Part shown: in pieces, positions 18,895 to 29,655 of the stretch
How positions within the stretch are numbered: the stretch's first letter is position 1
Layout of the letters: each line of letters begins with the position of its first letter
From: an uncultured Christensenella sp.
GTDB taxonomy: Bacteria; Bacillota; Clostridia; Christensenellales; UBA1242
Direction of reading: 5' to 3'
Assembly (NCBI GenBank): GCA_949282135.1
Contig: CASDOR010000015.1
Span: 8,773 to 72,772, forward strand
DNA length: 64,000 nucleotides
The notes under the pieces: generated by a model
Database searches by the model: none
What the model was told of the DNA's origin: nothing
The model's input: only the letters and a program-made list of their open reading frames with translations
Translations under genes and position numbers: made by a program

Positions 18895-20472
18895 TTACGA
18901 CATTAGTCCAACACCAAAAAGTTCTAGTATCTTCCTTTTAACTTCTTTGTCTATCTCACCATTTTCATTTTTTAATATGTTAGACGCTAGAAGCTGTAAA
19001 ACATGTTCTCTTTTTGAAGATAAACTTTCATATAACGTACTATCTGACATAAACATTATGTCGTCAGTCGTTAGATCCGTATTTTTAAAGTACACCAAAC
19101 TCTTTTTATCATCCGTAGTTCTAAGTAGTCTTGGAGTCACCGCAAATTCCTTATAAAGTCTAAGTATCATTTTGGCAATCTCTTTTACCGCTCTATTTAC
19201 TTCGTCTGCAGTTGTGTTAATTCTAGAAGTATCTTGCTCAATAAGAAGTTCGAGTGCGACCCCACTCATGTTTGTCGAATTAAACCTAGTCGACAAAAGG
19301 TTAGTTACCCCACTTATATCACTAAACTCAGTAAGTAAGCTCTCTTCTTCCTCTTTAAACGCACTAGGTAGTCCCTCTTCATCAAGAAATTGAGGTTTAG
19401 TTGCCCCTTGCTTGTAAACAATGACTTTTCCTGGTTCTAGCCCATCTTGTGATAAGCTTTCTATGTCGACACTTCCGTCCTCAACAGTTAACACTCCGAG
19501 ACTTAGCCTATTCATGTACTCGTGCTTCCTGTTTTTAACTGCGTTATACGCCCTTTGAATAGGAATTAATTTGTCAATAACACTCTGCCCATAAAAACAA
19601 CCCGGCACTCTTAAAGACACTTGTTTTACAAATGGAAAGCCACGTTTGTTGTCTTGTAAGTTTATATAAGGAAGTTCTCCTAAATATAGTAGTTTATCTT
19701 GACAAACAACAATAAGCCTACCATTTGGATATTCGACACTTTCACTTTCGTACTTTTCAATGACAATAGCATGGTCTTTTCTTTTGACACCTTCAATTCC
19801 ACTTCCAGAAAAGTCAATCACGTCTATATCTTCACCCTTGACATTTACTCCCCACTTGTTTCTGATTTCCCTTGTGCTGTATGCCTTTGCGTGAATTATA
19901 CTTTCACAATCTCTAATTTCCTCATTTGCAACACTATCTACGTAAATCTCAAAAGGTGACACCGCATCAATCTCAATTTCACCTTCGTATACTATTTTTC
20001 CGTCCTTGTTATATATCTTCTTGCCTTTTGTTCCATTCCAAATTACTTTGTAAAAACTAGTCCCTGTTATCTCACTCCAAGTTGTTGCTCTTGAAATTAT
20101 TTCACTTAAATTTAATTTCTCATAGCACGAATATAAAATGTCTTGCGATAGTCTTGCAATCTTTTCATCCTCCTCACTTGACGAAGTAGGAATAACGTTC
20201 ATCTCCGGTTTTAAAGTGTTGAGTTTAGCAAGCCTAGTCTCAATTATTGGTGCAATGTGATTAAAAACCTTTCTCTCTTGCCAAAAATATGTCTTATTCG
20301 TAAGCTCAATGTCACTTAAAGAATTAATCCCAACAAATTGGTTACCCAGTAAAAAGTTGTTGTTTAGTCTCCACCTCGCTTCAAAAGGTTTTCTTTCCCT
20401 TTGGCGAATTAAAAAATCTTCTTGTACACTTCTCACTAAGTCCTCAATATACTCGTCCTTTTTCTTTTTCAT
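18895..20472 (-). CDS. Phage portal protein (P22-like)
   Basis: 525 aa; FNHIAPIIE, VSPFEIYVD, FYGQSVID.LIPIQ..YN, ISGV, SGVAL motifs. Confidence 0.85.
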   Translation of the reverse strand: MKKKKDEYIEDLVRSVQEDFLIRQRERKPFEARWRLNNNFLLGNQFVGINSLSDIELTNKTYFWQERKVFNHIAPIIETRLAKLNTLKPEMNVIPTSSSEEDEKIARLSQDILYSCYEKLNLSEIISRATTWSEITGTSFYKVIWNGTKGKKIYNKDGKIVYEGEIEIDAVSPFEIYVDSVANEEIRDCESIIHAKAYSTREIRNKWGVNVKGEDIDVIDFSGSGIEGVKRKDHAIVIEKYESESVEYPNGRLIVVCQDKLLYLGELPYINLQDNKRGFPFVKQVSLRVPGCFYGQSVIDKLIPIQRAYNAVKNRKHEYMNRLSLGVLTVEDGSVDIESLSQDGLEPGKVIVYKQGATKPQFLDEEGLPSAFKEEEESLLTEFSDISGVTNLLSTRFNSTNMSGVALELLIEQDTSRINTTADEVNRAVKEIAKMILRLYKEFAVTPRLLRTTDDKKSLVYFKNTDLTTDDIMFMSDSTLYESLSSKREHVLQLLASNILKNENGEIDKEVKRKILELFGVGLMS

Positions 20473-20919
20473 CTTTTCCTCCCTCCTTTAAGTTTTTTTT
20501 GTCCTCTCACAGTCCTACTTTAATTTTAAATTATATAAATATGCGTTTTCAAATTTCACTGCCAACTTTTTTTTAAAATTATTTTTTAACCCCCCAAAAA
20601 CCCCTTATTTTTAGGCAAGACTCAAAAATTAAATTTAAGCTTTCTGACTTAAGAAAAAAACGAAAAAACATCTTCTTACAATTCACAGAATGTAAAGACT
20701 AAGTGGTTTTTTATAATGTTATGAATAACTAATTAAACTCTTTTATAAGACTAGACAAAAAATTTAATAAGATAGAAAAAATATCACCCCACATAAGCAA
20801 ACCAGTTTCTAGCTTTTTTTAATTGGTTTGTATTGCATAATCAAGTACCTCATTTTGTAACATTAATAGTAAATCTCCCTTTAACTATCTTGCATTACAA
20901 AAACCGGTCTCTTGCCAAA

Positions 20920-21039
20920 CGGGCGGGCTCTCCTTGTTGTAAAATTTTAATTTTACAACAAGGGCGGAGGGATGCGAGACAAGTCTCGCATCCCCCGCCT
21001 TTTTGTTGCAAACTTGCAACAAAAAGTAGAGCCCGTCCG
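20920..21039. repeat. Four-way-junction element, copy 4
   Basis: CGGGCGGGCTCT/AGAGCCCGTCCG outer stem plus three hairpins. Confidence 0.85.
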
Positions 21040-21472
21040 CCTTAAAAATAATTTTTATACCTCTAACTAGTAAAAAAAAGAGAGCTTTTTAACCCAATAG
21101 GTTACTTAAAACTCTCTACATACAAAATAAAAACTAATACTTATAATAATACAAAATATATCTATTTTTTTTATTTTTAAAACAATACTGTGACCTTGTG
21201 TCTTTTTTTAGTTTTTATAATCTCATATATTATATTTTGCGTGTTATTAAATTATATATATCTACACTCTATAAAAACTCTCTATCTTTTTTATTAAAAC
21301 TAAAAATTTTATATGGGGTCGTTATTATATTTCAAAGTGACATTGTTGTACTTCTATTTATTTACCAAAATTAATATGACCTCTTAAAATAAAAAAAGCA
21401 CAACATAAATTTTATGTTGCACGCTCTTCTTTATAACTCGCACAAAAAACAAAAAGGTAACTTGAAACAAAA

Positions 21473-21814
21473 TTACCTTTGTTCTTTAATATTAGTTGCC
21501 TTACCTGAAAGACCTCTTAGGTAAAATAATTTTGCCCTTCTTACTTTACCTTTTTTAAGGACATCAATTCTATCAATTCTTGGACTATGAAGAGGAAAAG
21601 TCCTTTCAACACCTACTCCAAAAGAAATACGTCTAACTGTGAAGTTTTCTCTTATTCCACCATTTTTACGTGCAATAACAGTCCCCTCATAACCTTGAAC
21701 TCTTTCCTTATTTCCCTCTTTAATCTTATAATAAACCTTGACAGTGTCTCCAATGCCAAACTCAGGTATAGAATCTTTAATATTTTCCTTTTCAATAACA
21801 TCAATAAGGTTCAT
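21473..21814 (-). CDS. rplS: 50S ribosomal protein L19
   Basis: [38 protein letters not shown]; start MNLID after GGAGG. Confidence 0.98.
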   Translation of the reverse strand: MNLIDVIEKENIKDSIPEFGIGDTVKVYYKIKEGNKERVQGYEGTVIARKNGGIRENFTVRRISFGVGVERTFPLHSPRIDRIDVLKKGKVRRAKLFYLRGLSGKATNIKEQR

Positions 21815-21843
21815 TTTCTTGCCTCCATTTTCAAATGCAAAAT

Positions 21844-21872
21844 ATATTAACATAACATAACAAAAATTGCAA
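21844..21872 (-). promoter_or_regulatory. Sigma-A-type promoter of rplS
   Basis: TTGCAA-17bp-TAATAT with TG extension. Confidence 0.6.
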
Positions 21873-21901
21873 GCATTTTTTTATAACAAAAACAAATTTT
21901 A

Positions 21902-22267
21902 TTAAAAAATGTTCTCTAAATGCTCTATTTTAAAATTATCATCCGCCCCAATTATTGACACGCAGTCAAATCTCACAAAAACTTTATTATAAAGTCCTTT
22001 GTATTTTAAATAAGACACGGCACAATCTCTAATCTTTTTTTGCTTACGAGAAGTTATTGCCTCAAGTGGCAGACCATACTCTACACTATCTCTAGTTTTA
22101 ACCTCAACAAAAATAAACAAGTCGTCTTTTTGGGCAACAATATCTATCTCACCAACAAAATTTTTCATATTTTTTTCTACTATTTTGTAACCCTGCCGAA
22201 CAAGATAGTGACACGCAATGTCCTCTCCTATTATGCCGAGTTCCTTTCCTCTTTCTTTTTTAGACAT
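21902..22267 (-). CDS. yraN: YraN (UPF0102) PD-(D/E)xK-family protein
   Basis: G..GED.A..YL, GEIDIVA, FVEVKTR, RFD. Confidence 0.93.
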   Translation of the reverse strand: MSKKERGKELGIIGEDIACHYLVRQGYKIVEKNMKNFVGEIDIVAQKDDLFIFVEVKTRDSVEYGLPLEAITSRKQKKIRDCAVSYLKYKGLYNKVFVRFDCVSIIGADDNFKIEHLENIF

Positions 22268-22519
22268 GCCCTTTTCCCTTTATCTATATCTTAAAACCTC
22301 TTTTTTTAACCCAAAATGTGTTTCTCTTTTTCTCTAAAAACTCATAAAACAAAATGTATTTCTCTTTACCTTTAAAACTCATAATGCAAAAACATTTTTC
22401 TTTTTTTCTTTAAAACTCATAGCACAAAAAGTTTTTCCATTTATATAGTAAGCTTAAAAACACAAAATGTTTCAATCTTTATTTACAGCTTATAAGCTCT
22501 TAATTTTAAATAACCAGTT

Positions 22520-23110
22520 TTAAACAAAATGCTTTATAAAACTATCTCTATGTATCTCACACTTGCCATATTTTTTTAAAAGTTCTATGTGCTCTTTTGT
22601 ACCATACCCTTTGTGCTTTTCAAAATGGTACTCTGGGTAAACACTTGCTAGCTCCACCATTTTTCTGTCCCTATAAACTTTTGCAAGTATTGACGCAGCA
22701 GCTATATTATAGCTTAAACTATCTCCATGAATAATTGCCTCTTCCTTATGCCCACTACCCAGTTTCACCGCATCAATTAAAACAATGTCCGGAGTTAAGT
22801 TTAATTCCTCAAGAGCCTTTTTCATACCAAGTTTTGTCGCCTCAAGTATGTTAATTTTATCAATAGTCTTTGCGTTTATTTCAACAATTGAGTACGCTAG
22901 CGCTGTATTTATGATTTTGTCAAATAGCATTTCTCGTTTTTTAGGCGAAAGCTTTTTGCTGTCATTAATTCCGTCAATGATTTTATCTTTCCTTAGCGGC
23001 ATAACAACGCACGCACAAACAACCGGACCTGCAAGAGGACCACGACCTGCCTCGTCAATTCCAGCGACAACACCATATTTGTCACAATACTTTTTATCAA
23101 ACTCAAACAT
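22520..23110 (-). CDS. rnhB: Ribonuclease HII
   Basis: GIDEAGRGPLAGPV, DSKKL, AAASILAKV.RD, HKGYGT. Confidence 0.97.
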   Translation of the reverse strand: MFEFDKKYCDKYGVVAGIDEAGRGPLAGPVVCACVVMPLRKDKIIDGINDSKKLSPKKREMLFDKIINTALAYSIVEINAKTIDKINILEATKLGMKKALEELNLTPDIVLIDAVKLGSGHKEEAIIHGDSLSYNIAAASILAKVYRDRKMVELASVYPEYHFEKHKGYGTKEHIELLKKYGKCEIHRDSFIKHFV

Positions 23111-23116
23111 TTTTTA

Positions 23117-23971
23117 TCAGTCTAGGAAAATTTTACCCAGCCTCCCTTTCCTAAAATCATCTAAAATAAGCTTTGCACACCTATCATAGTCGAGTTCGTC
23201 TCGCTTTAGAATTGCACCCCTTGACACGCAAATCTTTTCAAAGGTAACAAGGGTCTCTTCCCCATCTTCAATTTTAATGTTGTACCTATTTTCAATTAAA
23301 TGTTTATATTTTTTTGACATGTCTAAAATAAAACTAAATGCAATATTAGCTAAATCAAGCACTTCGTCTCTAATGCTTCCAATGTAGGCAAGATTTCTTG
23401 CAACTTTGTCATCGTCAAAAGATGGCCAAAGAGTCCCAGGCGTATCAAGAAGTATAAGCCCCTCTTTTGTCGCAACCCACTGCTTGCCTTTTGTAACCCC
23501 AGGTCTATTGCCAGTCACCGTCTTAGCACTTTTGCATAAGTTGTTTATAAGTGTACTTTTTCCCACATTTGGGACACCTACAACCATAGCCTTTAAAGAA
23601 TAATTTATTCCTTTATCACTCTTACTAGCTATTTTTTCTTTCATCAAATCTCTTGCAATAGAAAAAATCTTTTTGCCGGAATTAGACTCTGTCGCGTTAA
23701 GCATTATGACGTAAGAATTTTTGTCTTTTAGTTTGCTTTTAACACCTTCTAAGTCCTTCAAGTCAACAAAGTCTACCTTTGTTATAACATATATAATTTT
23801 TTTGTTTTGAGCAAGCTTCGAAAGTTTTGGATTAAGACATGAAAGAGGTGCACGTGCATCAAGACAATAAAGTATAATGTCAACATTCTGTAATTCCTTC
23901 TCCATTTGACGAAGAGCCTTTGTCATATGCCCCGGAAACCATTGAATCGGACTATTATTCATTTTTGTCAT
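23117..23971 (-). CDS. rbgA: Ribosome biogenesis GTPase RbgA/YlqF
   Basis: IQWFPGHM, DARAP, GVPNVGKS, PGVT, DTPG; start may instead be ATG at 23962. Confidence 0.96.
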   Translation of the reverse strand: MTKMNNSPIQWFPGHMTKALRQMEKELQNVDIILYCLDARAPLSCLNPKLSKLAQNKKIIYVITKVDFVDLKDLEGVKSKLKDKNSYVIMLNATESNSGKKIFSIARDLMKEKIASKSDKGINYSLKAMVVGVPNVGKSTLINNLCKSAKTVTGNRPGVTKGKQWVATKEGLILLDTPGTLWPSFDDDKVARNLAYIGSIRDEVLDLANIAFSFILDMSKKYKHLIENRYNIKIEDGEETLVTFEKICVSRGAILKRDELDYDRCAKLILDDFRKGRLGKIFLD

Positions 23972-24998
23972 TATCTCCTATATTTTTTGCTTCATTTAAA
24001 AAATTATCAAAATCAGATTTGTATAATTTATCTTGTTTTACTTTAAATTTATTATATTCTCTATAGGCAAGTTCTTGTGCGACCTTAGCAGATATTTTTC
24101 CGGCATTATGTAGGATTTCTTTTCCGTTAAATTGTAAAAAAGTATTTAATTTTTCTACCCAATCTTTCATAGTCATCGCATTATGATTTTCAGCTTGTAA
24201 TTCAGCATAATCTAAATACATAGTAACAATTCTATTTAAAGCCTTTAATTCATTTTCATCTAAATAGTTTTTTGCAATATCAACATCATATCTATATATT
24301 GGACCATCAGGTGAATTTTTCCAGTTAGTTAAACCCATATGCTCTTTATTAGAATCAACTCTTTTATATATAATTTCAGCTGCTGTTTGACCAGTTATTG
24401 CAAAGTGCAACTTGTTCTGTACAGTTTTAAAAAAATCTTTAGTTATTTCTGAATCCTTATCATAATCTACACTACATGATGAATATATATCAGTAATTTT
24501 TTGATAAAATCTTCTTTCGCTAGAACGAATATTTCTAATACGTTCTAACATTTCTTCAAAATAATCTTCACCGAAAATATAATTAGGATTTTTTAATCTT
24601 TCATCATCTATGATAAATCCTTTAATCATATATTCTTTCAAGACTTTTGTAGCCCAAATTCTAAAATTTGTAGCCTTTTTTGAATTAACACGATATCCAA
24701 CAGCAATAATCATATCTAAATTATAAATTTTAGGTTTCCTTCCACCAGAACTTCTGTCGGAAATTTCGACAGAAGTCTCTTTACTAAGTTCGCCTTCTTT
24801 TAAAATATTATTGATGTGTTCTGTAATAGTACTCCTCGCTGTTCCAAATAACTCAGCAATCAAATCTTGCGTTAACCATAAATCATTATTAATTAACATT
24901 ACATTAACATTAACATCATTATTTCCATCTCTATATATTAAAAAATCATGAGTTGTGACTTGTAAATGATTATTTGGATTTGTTTTATTACTATTCAT
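23955..24998 (-). CDS. RhuM-family (virulence RhuM) DNA-binding protein
   Basis: WLTQ..IAELF, YNLDMIIAVGYRVNS, FRIWAT, IRSSERRFYQKITDIY, VQNKLH, AKNYL. Confidence 0.92.
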   Translation of the reverse strand: MNSNKTNPNNHLQVTTHDFLIYRDGNNDVNVNVMLINNDLWLTQDLIAELFGTARSTITEHINNILKEGELSKETSVEISDRSSGGRKPKIYNLDMIIAVGYRVNSKKATNFRIWATKVLKEYMIKGFIIDDERLKNPNYIFGEDYFEEMLERIRNIRSSERRFYQKITDIYSSCSVDYDKDSEITKDFFKTVQNKLHFAITGQTAAEIIYKRVDSNKEHMGLTNWKNSPDGPIYRYDVDIAKNYLDENELKALNRIVTMYLDYAELQAENHNAMTMKDWVEKLNTFLQFNGKEILHNAGKISAKVAQELAYREYNKFKVKQDKLYKSDFDNFLNEAKNIGDNDKNE

Positions 24999-25246
24999 AA
25001 GTTACACCTTCTTTATAATTAACTGATATAGTGGTTTACTTTATAGTATCAACTAAAATGTTTACCCTATTTTCTAATAAAAATTGCTTATTTTGTTAAT
25101 TTTTCGCCATTATTATAAAAGTCTCTCAAGAAAAAATTGAAAAATCTTTATTATGCAAAGATGTTATAAAAACTTGTACAATAAACCTTATAAAAACTTT
25201 CACGTAAACAAAAAACTTTTATTTAACCCCATTTTATTTTGTTAGT

Positions 25247-25337
25247 AATAAATATAAGTCACCGCAATTCTTGTAATAAATATAAGTCACCGCAATTCTT
25301 GTGATAAATATAAGTCACCGCAATACTTGTAATAAAT
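25247..25337. repeat. 28-bp tandem repeat x3 (TAATAAATATAAGTCACCGCAATTCTTG)
   Basis: Directly visible, just downstream of the trmD stop. Confidence 0.9.
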
Positions 25338-25338
25338 T

Positions 25339-26049
25339 TTAACGTAAAAATAAATATCTATTTTGTCTTTTTTTGCAATAATCTTTATAGAGGTCAGGTC
25401 GTCTAAGCTTTGTAATTTCAAGAGCTTTTTCAAGCCTCCAATTATTTATTTCTTTATGATTGCCACTAGTTAAAACCTCTGGGACTTTAAGTCCCCTAAA
25501 AACTTGCGGTCTAGTGTACTGCGGATATTCTAAAAGTCCATTTGAAAAGGATTCTTCCTCTGTCGTTATATTATTCCCAAGCACATTTGGAATATATCTT
25601 GAAATGCTGTCAATAAGTACCATAGCTGGGATTTCACCACCTGTTAAAACATAATCCCCAATCGAAATCTCCTCGTCCACGCATAAATCAATTATTCTTT
25701 CGTCAATCCCCTCGTAGTGTCCGCAAATGAGTATAAGTTCTTTTTGAGTTTTTGCTAGTTCGACAACTTTTTCCTGCGTCAAAACTTTACCTCTTGGCGA
25801 CAAATAAATTGTGTAACTCTTGTCCGTTTTAACACTACTTATCGCATCAAAAAGAGGCTGAGGGGTCATAATCATACCAGCCCCTCCTCCATAAGAATAG
25901 TCATCACACCTTTTATTATTATCAAGCGAATAGTCCCTAATGTTTACAATATTAATTTCAATTAAATTTTTCTCTTGCGCTCTCTTTAGAATACTTGCGT
26001 TAAGGCTCTCAAACATTTCAGGAAAAAGAGTTAAAATAGTTATTTTCAT
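25339..26049 (-). CDS. trmD: tRNA (guanine-N1)-methyltransferase
   Basis: LTLFPEMF, YGGGAGM, CGHYEGIDER, SIGDYVLTGGE, LEYPQYTRP. Confidence 0.98.
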   Translation of the reverse strand: MKITILTLFPEMFESLNASILKRAQEKNLIEINIVNIRDYSLDNNKRCDDYSYGGGAGMIMTPQPLFDAISSVKTDKSYTIYLSPRGKVLTQEKVVELAKTQKELILICGHYEGIDERIIDLCVDEEISIGDYVLTGGEIPAMVLIDSISRYIPNVLGNNITTEEESFSNGLLEYPQYTRPQVFRGLKVPEVLTSGNHKEINNWRLEKALEITKLRRPDLYKDYCKKRQNRYLFLR

Positions 26050-26531
26050 ATAATAACCTCGTCAAGCTTTTTCTCGTTCACAACCACTCTTTTATTTTGC
26101 GTGTCAACACTAATAATGATATTTTTGAGGTATGGAAAACTAAAACTCGCCCCAGTTCTGACTAAATTTATAATGTCAGCACTGCCATATCTTTCTACAC
26201 TTTCAATCCTGCCCCTGTAATCCCCCTTATCATCATACACGTCAGCGTTTATTAGGTCTTGAATAAGATATTCTCCGTCTTTTCTTAAAACCTCTTCGTC
26301 TACCTTTAAAGTTTTGTTCCTAAGTCTCTCTGCCTCGTCAATACTATTTACCTCACTAAAGGTCAAATACAAAAAGCCTTTGTAAAACCTAAGACTTACT
26401 ATCGTGTAGAGCACGCCATCTATATAAACATTTTTAACCTCATGCCAAAAAGAGACGTCTTTATTAAACATTTCAAGTTTGACTTCCCCTTTTAAACCAT
26501 GAGGTTTTAAAATCTTTGCTATTTCAATCAT
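26046..26531 (-). CDS. rimM: 16S rRNA processing protein RimM
   Basis: KPHGLKGEVK, PRC-barrel C-terminus, synteny. Confidence 0.93.
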   Translation of the reverse strand: MIEIAKILKPHGLKGEVKLEMFNKDVSFWHEVKNVYIDGVLYTIVSLRFYKGFLYLTFSEVNSIDEAERLRNKTLKVDEEVLRKDGEYLIQDLINADVYDDKGDYRGRIESVERYGSADIINLVRTGASFSFPYLKNIIISVDTQNKRVVVNEKKLDEVII

Positions 26532-26544
26532 ATTTTCTTACTTT

Positions 26545-26732
26545 TTTTAAACTACTTTTTTATTTTAAAAACTACTTTTATATTCTAAAAATTTTTCTTT
26601 TGCTTAAAAACTACTTCTTAATTTTTAAAACTACTTTTTTAATTTTAAAATTTACTTCTTAATATTTAAAACTACTTCTTTTGCTTAAAAACTACTTCTT
26701 AATTTTTAAAACTACTTTTTTAATTTTAAAAT
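26545..26732. repeat. ~20-bp AT-rich tandem repeat (AAAAACTACTTYTTAATTTT)
   Basis: ~9 degenerate copies. Confidence 0.75.
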
Positions 26733-26963
26733 TTACTTCTTAATTTTAAAAATTACTTTTTTATCACTATTTGAATTTGCCGAATGTAAAATTGCTCTGA
26801 TTGCTTGTGCGACTTTGCCATTCTTACCAATAATTTTGCCAACTTCCTCGTCAGCAACACTTACTTCAAATACTATAGCGTTTTCCTCTTCCTTTTTCTC
26901 AATAGTTACTTTGTCCTTTTCCTCAATAAGGCTTTCAACTATAAATCTAAGTAATTCTTCCAT
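26733..26963 (-). CDS. khpA: KH-domain RNA-binding protein KhpA/YlqC
   Basis: GKIIGKNGKVAQAIR; follows rpsP. Confidence 0.92.
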   Translation of the reverse strand: MEELLRFIVESLIEEKDKVTIEKKEEENAIVFEVSVADEEVGKIIGKNGKVAQAIRAILHSANSNSDKKVIFKIKK

Positions 26964-26986
26964 TTTTTCTCCTTTTTATTTAAGTT

Positions 26987-27292
26987 TTAAGCCTTTTTTG
27001 CGTCTTTTTTCTTTGGAACAATTTTTTTACTAGCATAAGGTTTTGGATTTTCTACAATCCCAGCTTTAACAAGCAAAGTCCTTGCAGTCTCAGTTGGTTG
27101 TGCCCCGTTTTTTAGCCAAGTCAGAGTCTTTTCTTTGTCAAGTTTTAAGTTATTAGTTGCAACTAGTGGATTAAAATACCCAAGACTATCAATAACTTTT
27201 CCATCTCTACTTGTCCTTGCATCTGCAACAACTACTCTGTAAAAAGGACTTTTCTTATCCCCCATTCTTGTAAGTCTAATCTTAACTGCCAT
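26987..27292 (-). CDS. rpsP: 30S ribosomal protein S16
   Basis: [28 protein letters not shown]; start after AAGGAG. Confidence 0.98.
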   Translation of the reverse strand: MAVKIRLTRMGDKKSPFYRVVVADARTSRDGKVIDSLGYFNPLVATNNLKLDKEKTLTWLKNGAQPTETARTLLVKAGIVENPKPYASKKIVPKKKDAKKA

Positions 27293-27374
27293 TTCTTTCT
27301 CTCCTTTGTTTAGTTTATATATCTTCAAATTTTTTTTAATTAAAAATTTGTAAAAACCTATCTATTAAAACTTT

Positions 27375-27690
27375 TTAAAAACTTCGCCCTCTTTGAAAGT
27401 TATTTAAGCTTTAAAACCGCCACCTCTAGATAAATGTTTTAAGTAAGTCGCATCTTATAAAAACTCACCCATTTTTCAAAGTCTCGCCCTCATTTTAGCC
27501 TTCGCCCCTTTAAGTCTGACCCTCAAAAAAACTTGCTTTCATAAAACTCGCCTACTCCCATTTAAGCCTGACCCTCAAAAAACTTGCTTTCATAAAACTC
27601 GCCTACTCCCCTTTAAGCCTGACCCCGGAGAAGTTGCCCCCCTGAAAGCTTGACCCCCTGAAAGCTTGACCCCCCTGAAAGCTTGACCCC
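27375..27690. repeat. Short degenerate repeats (AAAGCTTGACCCC / AAAACTCGCCC) downstream of ffh
   Basis: Directly visible; same family as downstream of recA. Confidence 0.75.
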
Positions 27691-29003
27691 TAGAATTTGA
27701 GACCTCTAAAGTTGCCACCTTTGACACGTTTCATCATAAGCTTGCTTTGTTCAAAACTCTTAAGAAGTCTATTGACATCTTGAATTTGTGTCCCACTACC
27801 ATTTGCAATCCTCTTTTTCTGACCTGCTTTAATAATGTCAGGATTTCTCCTTTCTCGCACCGTCATACTCTGAATAATCGCCTTATTCCTTGCAAGTTCC
27901 TTTTCGTCAACCTGCATGCCTTTCATTTTACCACTCATGCCAGGAATCATATTTATTATGTCATTTATGTTCCCCATTTTGTTTAGCTTTTCCATTTGAG
28001 AAAGATAATCCTCAAAGGTAAAGCTACTCTCTCTAAACTTCTTCTCTAGCTTCTTCGCCTCTTCCTCACTCACCGCACTTTGTGCTTTTTCAATAAGAGT
28101 TAGAACGTCACCCATGCCTAGAATTCTAGATGCCATTCTGTCTGGATAAAAAGGTTCAATGTCACCTAACTTCTCGCCTGTGCCACAAAACTTAATAGGC
28201 TTTTTAACAACTTCGCTTATGCTTAGTGCTGCTCCGCCTCTTGTGTCTCCGTCAAGTTTTGTAAGTATCACACCGCTTAAATCTAAGGTCTCGTCAAAAG
28301 TCTTTGCTACGTTTACTGACTCCTGCCCATTCATAGCATCAACAACTAAAAGAATTTCAGTAGGCTTTACTGCATTTTTTATTCTAACAAGCTCGTCCAT
28401 AAGTTCCTTGTCTATGCTAAGTCGCCCAGCAGTGTCAATAATGACAGTGTCATACATCTTCTTATTTGCCTCAAGTATTGCCTCTTTGCAAGTCTTTACT
28501 ACGTCTTGCTTGCCCTTCTCAAAAACCTCTACGTTAGCTCCTTTCCCAACAACTTTAAGTTGCTCAATCGCCGCCGGTCTATAAATGTCACAACCAACAA
28601 GCATTGGACGTTTGCCTTGAGTTTTTAGCATCATGGCAAGTTTTCCGCACATTGTCGTCTTACCACTACCTTGAAGTCCACATAACATAATAATTGTTGG
28701 AGGTGCACTTGAGACAGCTAACTTGCTGTTTGCCCCTCCCATAAGAGATATAAGTTCTTCATTCACTATCTTTATAACTTGCTGTCCAGGGGTCAAACTA
28801 TTTAAAACTTCTTGTCCGACCGCCTTTTCACTCACCCTCTTTATGAAATCTTTTGCAACAAGATAGTTTACGTCAGCCTCAAGTAGTGCAACACGAATTT
28901 CACGCATTGCATCCCTTATCTCAAGTTCAGTGAGTTTTCCTCTTTTGGTCAGGTGCGAAAAAATGTGATTAAGTCTAAGTGACAAATTAGAAAACATCCC
29001 CAT
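27690..29003 (-). CDS. ffh: Signal recognition particle protein
   Basis: LLEADV, GLQGSGKTT, DIYRPAA, DTAGR, TKLDGDTRGGAALS, RIANGSG. Confidence 0.98.
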   Translation of the reverse strand: MGMFSNLSLRLNHIFSHLTKRGKLTELEIRDAMREIRVALLEADVNYLVAKDFIKRVSEKAVGQEVLNSLTPGQQVIKIVNEELISLMGGANSKLAVSSAPPTIIMLCGLQGSGKTTMCGKLAMMLKTQGKRPMLVGCDIYRPAAIEQLKVVGKGANVEVFEKGKQDVVKTCKEAILEANKKMYDTVIIDTAGRLSIDKELMDELVRIKNAVKPTEILLVVDAMNGQESVNVAKTFDETLDLSGVILTKLDGDTRGGAALSISEVVKKPIKFCGTGEKLGDIEPFYPDRMASRILGMGDVLTLIEKAQSAVSEEEAKKLEKKFRESSFTFEDYLSQMEKLNKMGNINDIINMIPGMSGKMKGMQVDEKELARNKAIIQSMTVRERRNPDIIKAGQKKRIANGSGTQIQDVNRLLKSFEQSKLMMKRVKGGNFRGLKF

Positions 29004-29336
29004 CTACATTACCTCCAGTGCCTCATTTAAAACTTGCACAACTAAGTCTTTACTCGCATTGCTATTAAGCAAAGTTATGCTTTTTTCGATTTTACCTCTA
29101 AGCTCGTCAAATTTCTTGAGGAGTTTAAGTTTCTCTTCATACTCTTCAAGTATAGCAATCGTTCGCTTAATCAAATCATTTATTGCTTGACGCGAAGAAT
29201 TATACAATATCGCCAGCTCGCTAATAGAAATGTTTTGATAAACAAAGCCTGACAAGACAAGCCTTTGCTTTTCCGTTAAAAGTGGCGAATAAAAATCAAA
29301 CAATAAACTTACCCTAAGACTTTCTTCTATTCTCAT
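29004..29336 (-). CDS. ylxM: YlxM (UPF0122) HTH protein
   Basis: LFDFYSPLLTEKQ, SRQAIND.IKR, LEEYEEKL; directly upstream of ffh. Confidence 0.92.
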   Translation of the reverse strand: MRIEESLRVSLLFDFYSPLLTEKQRLVLSGFVYQNISISELAILYNSSRQAINDLIKRTIAILEEYEEKLKLLKKFDELRGKIEKSITLLNSNASKDLVVQVLNEALEVM

Positions 29337-29356
29337 ATCTTCCTATTACAACAATA

Positions 29357-29411
29357 TGTAAAGTAAATTTACTTTACAAACTAATTATATGTATTTTTCT
29401 TTCCCTGTCAA
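29357..29411 (-). promoter_or_regulatory. ylxM-ffh promoter with palindromic operator-like site
   Basis: TTGACA-16bp-TATAAT (29411-29384); perfect 22-bp palindrome TGTAAAGTAAATTTACTTTACA at 29357-29378. Confidence 0.75.
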
Positions 29412-29655
29412 GAACTTTTATTAAAATATTTATATTAAATTTAATTGGTAGATAAAATATGATTAATTTATAAATATTACATATAATAATAGACTTAAAT
29501 TAAATATGAAAAATAAAACCTATTTTTAGTAAATATGTAAAATTTGGCAAGACGCATAACCTTTGATATAGGAATAAAACTAATAAGGCAATATGTATAA
29601 AAAACTTGATAAATACCTAAACTCATGTAGATAGATAAAAATAATATAATAATAC

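Noticed and set aside
20520-20565. Sporulation sigma promoter upstream of the portal gene
   Set aside because: GCATATTTA does not fit CATAnnnT well; too weak in AT-rich DNA
20833-21045. Short ORFs across the cloverleaf elements (also 4596-4781, 34597-34827, 6816-7019)
   Set aside because: Arise from GC-rich palindromes lacking stops; no SD or protein-like features
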